From a bacterium (GTDB taxonomy: Bacteria > Methylomirabilota > Methylomirabilia > CAVQYV01), in contig JAZDMQ010000094.1 in NCBI GenBank assembly GCA_043800755.1, forward strand, positions 1 to 13,191: 13,191 nt of DNA, written 5' to 3'. The notes under the pieces are model-generated. The model saw only the letters and a program-made list of their open reading frames with translations. It searched no databases and was not told the origin of the DNA. A program made the position numbers and the translations under genes. This document shows, piece after piece, positions 7,894 to 13,191 of the stretch (positions within the stretch are counted from its first letter, which is position 1; each line of letters starts with the position of its first letter).

Positions 7894-9666
7894 GTGAGAG
7901 GGCATAACAAGGATGGCTCATCCTCTTGGAGCAACCCCCTGAGCTTCACCGTCCCCTTCCCTTCCCCCACCCTCAAGTCTCCAGGGGGGGCGATCTTTAC
8001 CAGAAACCCGGTCTTTCACTGGAGCAAGGAAGCCCGGGCGAACAGCTATCGGCTTCAGGTATCTGCCAATAAAGAATTCTCTACCACGATCCTGGATATT
8101 TCTGACCTCAAGGACCCAACCTATGCCTTGACCACCGCCGACCTTTCCTATAAAGGTCAATACCTTTGGCGAGTCATGGCCAAGGATGAGCTGGGAGAGA
8201 GCAGCTGGTCAGCCCCTCTCTCCTTTACCTTACAGATGCCCCTGCCCAACCTGACCGAGCCAATTGGTGTGATCTTCGATCCTCGCCCCACCTTCGTCTG
8301 GAATGTCCCTAAAGATGCCACAGGTACACGGCTCCAGGTCTCAAACCGAGAGGATTTCGTGGTTCTTCTTCTCGATAAACCGAACCTGCAGGGCAATACC
8401 TATAATATGGAACAGGACCTCGCGTACGAAGGGGTTTACTTCTGGCGAGTCAAGGCCCTATTCCCTGAAGGGGAGAGCGATTGGTCGCCCATCTCCCGTT
8501 TCGTAATCAACTACAAGATCCCGGATCCCCTGTCTCCCAAGGAGAGGGAGGAGGCGAAAACACTTACCCCTACCTTCACCTGGAAAAGGGCAACCGGGGC
8601 CGTGGAATACGCCATTCAGATTGCCAAGGATAGTGGCTTTGCCAAGCCCTCCGTCGAGGCTAGGCCCGTCAAGGGGGAGAGCTATACCTCTCCCCGCCTG
8701 GAGGCCGGCTTCACTTACTTCTGGAGGGTGAAAGGAATCTTTAGCAACAAAGGGGAAAGCGATTGGTCCAAGTCCTTCTCTTTCGCGATCCCCCAGCAGC
8801 CGTTGCCTATCATCGCTAACTCGCTTCAGATCACTGATGACAAGGATAGCAACGAGATGGAGCCCGTGTTCACCCCTGATGGCAAGAGGCTCCTATATGT
8901 AGTAGAGAAGAAGGGTCTCAAGGAGATCTGGTGCAAGGAGGTCTCCACCCGGGAAGGGAAGTACCAGTTCGCCAAGGGGACATCCCGCATCACATGGAGC
9001 GTGAGTGGCTGTCAGGATCGACATCCCAGCCCTTTCCCCGATAATCTCCATGTCGCTTATACCTCCAACCGGCTGAGGGATATAGATAACATCTGGTCGA
9101 AGTCCTTGTCCGGGCATATCCTGACCGAACTGACCTGCACCAGCGAGGGCTCCTACAACCCCGCCGTTTCTCCGGATGGCAAGAAAATCGCCTATGTGGC
9201 TAAGAATGTTGATGGAGTCGAATATGTATGGGTTATGAATGCGGATGGAACAGGCTACACCCAATTCTATGAAGGAAGAGAGCCGGCCTGGACTCCAGAT
9301 GGGCAAAGGATCATTTTTGTCTCTCGCCGCGCTGGGAAGAGCGAACTCTGGCTCATGGAGAAGGACGGCCTGAACCTGAGTCGGCTGACGATTTCCACCG
9401 GGGGGGAAGAATATATGCAGCCGAGCCTCTCTCCCGATGGAAAGACGGTTGCCTTTATTTGCAATAAGAATGGAAACTGGGATATCTGGATCATGAATCT
9501 GGATGGAAGCGGGATGCAACACCTGACAACCTACCTGGGCGAAGATATCAACCCCACCTGGGCCCCTGACGGGAAGGCGATTCTCTATGGCTCCACCCGT
9601 AATGCCGACGATCTCAATCTCTGGCTCGACTATCTGCCCTCGGAGATAGTGGAGTCAGGGAAATGA
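7894..9666 (+). CDS. C-terminal fragment of the split lipoprotein (three complete FN3/Ig-like repeats plus TolB-like propeller)
   Basis: The GTG is the Val of the conserved WRV motif rather than a natural start. No signal peptide. PD40-like SPDG repeats. Confidence 0.5.
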   Translation: MRGHNKDGSSSWSNPLSFTVPFPSPTLKSPGGAIFTRNPVFHWSKEARANSYRLQVSANKEFSTTILDISDLKDPTYALTTADLSYKGQYLWRVMAKDELGESSWSAPLSFTLQMPLPNLTEPIGVIFDPRPTFVWNVPKDATGTRLQVSNREDFVVLLLDKPNLQGNTYNMEQDLAYEGVYFWRVKALFPEGESDWSPISRFVINYKIPDPLSPKEREEAKTLTPTFTWKRATGAVEYAIQIAKDSGFAKPSVEARPVKGESYTSPRLEAGFTYFWRVKGIFSNKGESDWSKSFSFAIPQQPLPIIANSLQITDDKDSNEMEPVFTPDGKRLLYVVEKKGLKEIWCKEVSTREGKYQFAKGTSRITWSVSGCQDRHPSPFPDNLHVAYTSNRLRDIDNIWSKSLSGHILTELTCTSEGSYNPAVSPDGKKIAYVAKNVDGVEYVWVMNADGTGYTQFYEGREPAWTPDGQRIIFVSRRAGKSELWLMEKDGLNLSRLTISTGGEEYMQPSLSPDGKTVAFICNKNGNWDIWIMNLDGSGMQHLTTYLGEDINPTWAPDGKAILYGSTRNADDLNLWLDYLPSEIVESGK

Positions 9667-9683
9667 GGGGGAGGTAGAGAAGG

Positions 9684-12008
9684 ATGAAGGGCCAACTGCG
9701 AATCGATGGCGATGTCTGGTTAATCCTGCTGTTACTGTGCCTCTGCCAGCTGACCCTAAGCGCCTGTGGGGGAAAGGCTATAGAGGGGCGGATGGATACC
9801 TCCCTTTTCGAGAGGGTGAGCTTCATAGAGTCCTTGAACCTCAGCCAGAAGGCGTGGAAAAAGACGCCCCGGCCAGACAACCTGGTCCTGGATGGACAGG
9901 GACAGCTTTATCTTGTCGATGCAGCGAATGATTGCATCCAGGTCTTCTCCCCCTCCGGGAAGTTCCTGCAGACCTTCGGCCCTCACCTGGCCGGAGGGAT
10001 CTCCAAGAAGGTCACACCGGCAAACCTTGACTCCCCGCGGGGAGTGGCGGTGGATCAGGAGGGAAAAGTCCATGTGGCCGACACGAATAATCACCGCATC
10101 CTCATCTTTGACCGCGAGGGGAATCTCATTCGCGCCTTTGGAAGGAAGGGGGATGGAAACGGCGAATTTCGCTTTCCCCATTCTGTGGCCTTAGATAGTA
10201 AAGGCAGGATCTATGTGGCCGATACGGGAAATGACCGCATCCAGATCTGCGGCCCCGACGGGATCTTTTTGAGCAAATTCGGGAGACGGGGAGAGGAGGC
10301 CGGGCGATTCCGAGAACCCGTCAATCTGCGAATCGATGGGAAAGATACCATTTATGTAGTGGATCGGGGCAATCATCGCATCCAGAAATTCGATTCCAAT
10401 CTCGCCGTGCTCTGGGTCTCCGGAAGGAAGGGCAAGCTCCACGGACAATTTATGGATCCGGCTGGAATTGACCTGGATGGGCAGGGCAACCTCTATGTGG
10501 CGGATCAGGGAAATTGCAGGGTTCAGGTCTTGGATGGGAGCAATGGCCGCTTCCTGTATAGCTTCGGCTGCAAAGGCAAGGGACCGGGCGAGTTCAAAGA
10601 ACCCTCCGGGGTAGCATGTTACAAGGAAGGGGGAAGGGTGTACATTGCCGACATTGAATTGGGGCAGGTACAGATCCTGGAGGTTAAGCTTGCCAAGCCC
10701 CTGACGCCTTCTCCGCCAAAGGAGGCTTCAGGGGAGTCACCTCCCTCTACTTCGCAAGAGGAGATAGCGGGCTTTGAACCGAGGATTGCGGTTCTCGATT
10801 TTGAGAATGACAATGCCCAGGCCTCTGAGTTTCAATATGGCAGACTGCTCTCCCAGATGACGATAACCGCCCTCGTCTTCTCGCGCCGCTTCGAGGTGGT
10901 GGAGAGATCTCAACTGGAGAAGGTACTAAAAGAGCAAGCCCTGAGCCAATCCGGGATCATCAAGGAACCCAAGAAATTAGGTGAGCTATTGAATGTGGAC
11001 CTGATCCTGGTGGGTAATGTGGCCCGCTATCCCCAATTCATCGAGGTCTTTGTCCGCCTGGTGGATGTAGAGACCGGGAAGATCCTTGCCGCCACCAGTG
11101 GAAGGGTCAAGGATGACGCAGAGCTGTCGGAGGCGACGAATGCCCTGATTGAGAACATCATTTCCGGCTACGACGCCCTCTCCGGCCAGATCTCGGGGAT
11201 GGTGCAACCCATCGATTCCGATGCGACGATAAAGGCCTTCCGCGGAGGAAAGATAAAGGGCCAGTACCGGATCAATCCGTTAGATGGGCGATATACCATC
11301 AGGGGCCTTCCCCCTGGCAACTACAGGTTGCGGGTGGAAGCAGATGGATACAATCCAGAGGAGGCCAAGGAGACCATAGCCGTGCGGGCTGGCAAGGAGA
11401 GTTCCAATAACAACTTCAAGCTCACCATCTCCACCAGGCTACCGAAGGTTCCCTCCGGCTTGAGGGCTACGGGTGGGGACAGGGAAATCCAACTCAATTG
11501 GGACCCCTCAGACGAGAAGGATCTGGTCGGATACAAAATCTCCCGCAGCATCTTGCCCTCTTCCGGCTTTAGCCAAATTGGCTCCTCCATGGCCAACTTC
11601 TACATGGACAAAGGCCTAAAGAATGGAACTACCTATTATTATCAAATCGTCTCTTATTTCAGAAATGGAATTGAAAGCGCAAGATCTTCCATCGTGGCGG
11701 CCACCACGCTGGACATCTCCCCGGCGATTCCTACCGGAGTCAGCGGGAGCATTGACATAGAGAAAAAGGGGGTGAGACTGACCTGGAACCGGAATGCGGA
11801 GCCCAATGTCTCCGGATACAAGATCTATCGGAGCCGTGTCCCGGAAGGCTTATACGAGCTTTTGGGATCTGTTACCACCAACTCCTATCTCGATCAGGCT
11901 ATCGAAGAAGGACAAACCTATTACTATAAGGTGAGTGCCTGTACCGATTCAGGCATCGAAAGTCCTCAGTCCAAATTCATCGCCCTTAGCATAGCCTTTC
12001 GCCCCTGA
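9684..12008 (+). CDS. Multidomain lipoprotein: NHL-repeat six-bladed propeller, CsgG/FlgO-like domain, carboxypeptidase-regulatory-like beta-sandwich and two FN3 domains
   Basis: RBS GGAGG, lipobox LSAC (Cys28), NHL repeats (PRGVAVDQEGKVHVADTNNHRI, PHSVALDSKGRIYVADTGNDRI, etc., ~9870-10680), RIAVLDFEN...FEVVERSQLEKVLKEQ (~10780-11170), GRYTIRGLPPGNYRLRVEADGY, and two FN3 repeats (L.W...GYKI.RS...Y.D..L..G.TYYY). Confidence 0.88.
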   Translation: MKGQLRIDGDVWLILLLLCLCQLTLSACGGKAIEGRMDTSLFERVSFIESLNLSQKAWKKTPRPDNLVLDGQGQLYLVDAANDCIQVFSPSGKFLQTFGPHLAGGISKKVTPANLDSPRGVAVDQEGKVHVADTNNHRILIFDREGNLIRAFGRKGDGNGEFRFPHSVALDSKGRIYVADTGNDRIQICGPDGIFLSKFGRRGEEAGRFREPVNLRIDGKDTIYVVDRGNHRIQKFDSNLAVLWVSGRKGKLHGQFMDPAGIDLDGQGNLYVADQGNCRVQVLDGSNGRFLYSFGCKGKGPGEFKEPSGVACYKEGGRVYIADIELGQVQILEVKLAKPLTPSPPKEASGESPPSTSQEEIAGFEPRIAVLDFENDNAQASEFQYGRLLSQMTITALVFSRRFEVVERSQLEKVLKEQALSQSGIIKEPKKLGELLNVDLILVGNVARYPQFIEVFVRLVDVETGKILAATSGRVKDDAELSEATNALIENIISGYDALSGQISGMVQPIDSDATIKAFRGGKIKGQYRINPLDGRYTIRGLPPGNYRLRVEADGYNPEEAKETIAVRAGKESSNNNFKLTISTRLPKVPSGLRATGGDREIQLNWDPSDEKDLVGYKISRSILPSSGFSQIGSSMANFYMDKGLKNGTTYYYQIVSYFRNGIESARSSIVAATTLDISPAIPTGVSGSIDIEKKGVRLTWNRNAEPNVSGYKIYRSRVPEGLYELLGSVTTNSYLDQAIEEGQTYYYKVSACTDSGIESPQSKFIALSIAFRP

Positions 12009-12024
12009 CGATGGGTCGATCACT

Positions 12025-12102
12025 TGCGCCATTACGCCCTCAACGCTATAACGCGTCCAACGCGATAGCGCTATTAACGCGAAGAACGCGATAAACGCTA
12101 CC
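12025..12102 (+). repeat. Nine tandem degenerate 8-9-bp units with AACGC core
   Basis: TGCGCCAT-TACGCCCTC-AACGCTAT-AACGCGTCC-AACGCGAT-AGCGCTATT-AACGCGAAG-AACGCGATA-AACGCTACC. CGC cores at 12027, 12035, 12044, 12052, 12061, 12069, 12078, 12087, 12096. Confidence 0.85.
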
Positions 12103-12155
12103 CTTCAACTCCTTTTGCCCCCCCCTTTTACCCCTCTACCATCTACAAGGACCCT

Positions 12156-12897
12156 TCACTTCTCTTCCTCTGCGGCCTTCGGAGAAGCCCCACCCGCCCT
12201 GCGCCTCTTCTCCTCTAAGTCTAAGGCTTCCCTGATGCGCTCCGACAAAGCTTGTACCTTACCGGCGTGCCTCCATTCCTCTTCGCCTTTGGGTTCTCTC
12301 TCCGGTTGGATGACGCGCCAGGTGATCTTGCCGCTGAGCGGAGGTTCCGGATACGCCCCCGGATCGTAAAGCATATAGTCCCTTAAAGGTGTCGGCTCCT
12401 CTTGATAACAGGCGCAAACGGCTTGACGAAGAACCTCTGGCGAGCCCTCATTCAAGAGGTCTATCACGGTGATCTGTTTACGAAATCGCTCCACCTGTCC
12501 CGTTGGGATATTGAAGAGATAAGGGGTGGGCGCCTCGGATCCAACCACGCGTTTGTTTTCATCCATCCCGTCCCGGGCAAGAGCCAAGATGGTGCCACCT
12601 ACCAGATGCCCCGGGAACTCTGGACCGCACACGATCAAGTACCGGATGTTAGGATTAGAAACCAGGTTGCAGATGACCTTTTCCAGACCGATGTTCTCAG
12701 TTTGCAGGGTGCCGGCCCATCGCAGCCCCGCATCCAACGGCAACCCTTACCAGATGCTCTATTGCGGGCGGTGTCTTCTCCCGTATCCACCGGAGTATTA
12801 CCGCCACCGCAACCGGAGAATAATCATTTCCGCGGAGGTAGCATCCCTCTTCTGGTGGATAATCCGCTGCGGGTTGCACTTTCTCGATCTTTGCCAT
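12156..12897 (-). pseudogene. mtrA: Tetrahydromethanopterin S-methyltransferase subunit A (MtrA)-like soluble corrinoid protein, frameshifted by one extra base near 12716-12718
   Basis: ATG at 12897 with GGAG RBS. The N-part KVQPAADYPPEEGCYLRGNDYSPVAV and the C-part AGTLQTENIGLEKVICNLVSNPNIRYLIVCGPEFPGHLVG match the MtrA pattern (TENLGIEKV..N..SNPNIR...GSEV.GH..G). Removing one G from ATGGGCC joins them into a 246-aa ORF. Confidence 0.82.
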
Positions 12898-13013
12898 TAC
12901 TTTGTCTCCACTCAACTGTCCCTGGAAACGCTGATCCCTAACGCTCGATCGCTTCCTCTCGCCTGTTTAGGAACCCCCCCTCCCTGCCCCCAGGGCATAG
13001 GTCTCTCCCCTAT

Positions 13014-13191
13014 CTATCGGGCAGTGAAGAGCAGATAGATCCCTCCCAGAATCACCAAGGCCCCGCAGATCTTCTTGACGATGATGCTGCCCTTGGATCT
13101 CTCATTCCAGTTCAGATACCGCTGGACGACTTCGGCACTGGTGCCTGCAGCCACGATGACCGAGCAGTGGCCCAATCCATACATCAATAGA
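13014..13191 (-). CDS. ccdA: C-terminal part of a cytochrome c biogenesis CcdA/DsbD-type membrane protein (runs off the window end)
   Basis: Manual translation of 13190-13014 gives LLMYGLGHCSVIVAAGTSAEVVQRYLNWNERSKGSIIVKKICGALVILGGIYLLFTAR*. The YG.G motif and final K..G..L...G.Y helix are typical of CcdA C-termini. Not in the ORF track. Confidence 0.72.
   Translation of the reverse strand, partial: LLMYGLGHCSVIVAAGTSAEVVQRYLNWNERSKGSIIVKKICGALVILGGIYLLFTAR

Larger units (their letters stand above)
7042..9666 (+). pseudogene. Lipoprotein with six FN3/Ig-like repeats plus C-terminal TolB-like (PD40) beta-propeller, interrupted by one in-frame TAA at 7867-7869
   Basis: ORFs 7042-7869 and 7894-9666 share a frame. 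The gap reads KLG*YNITYHWRVRG and completes the third repeat. RBS GGAGG at 7029-7033, lipobox LSGC (Cys22), six W-x8-[YHT]..Q...WRV...WS repeats, then P.FTPDG / PAVSPDG / PAWTPDG / PSLSPDG / PTWAPDG blades. Confidence 0.8.

Noticed and set aside
9696..10339. Exact 14-bp repeat CTGCGAATCGATGG at 9696-9709 and 10326-10339
   Set aside because: One 14-mer match in 13 kb is plausible by chance (roughly 0.3 expected), and both copies simply encode LRIDG.
12103..12155. Intrinsic terminator between the convergent genes
   Set aside because: The stretch is pyrimidine-rich with a C8 run but has no convincing stem-loop plus U-tract. A Rho-loading role is possible but unsupported.
12156..12897. Evidence of methanogenesis or archaeal origin of the window
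   Set aside because: No other mtr subunits are present, the protein lacks a membrane anchor, and neighbours are diderm bacterial outer-membrane and lipoprotein genes.

Overview
Bacterial (diderm, GC-rich) cell-surface locus. The + strand carries an MNT-HEPN toxin-antitoxin-like pair translationally coupled to a CapD/PglF-type membrane-bound NDP-sugar 4,6-dehydratase, then a Wzi-family outer-membrane protein and a long SLBB-repeat polysaccharide export protein. Next comes a two-gene module of large multidomain lipoproteins: (i) six FN3/Ig-like repeats plus a TolB-like propeller, split by one in-frame TAA at 7867-7869; (ii) NHL propeller, CsgG-like domain, carboxypeptidase-regulatory-like domain and two FN3 domains. 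This module is bracketed on both sides by direct-orientation degenerate ~9-bp AACGC tandem arrays, with a second 9-bp AGAC array upstream. Converging on the - strand are a soluble bacterial MtrA-like corrinoid protein gene with a single-base frameshift (~12716-12718) and the 3' end of a CcdA/DsbD-type membrane gene missing from the ORF track. All family assignments come from motif recognition by eye, not from database searches.
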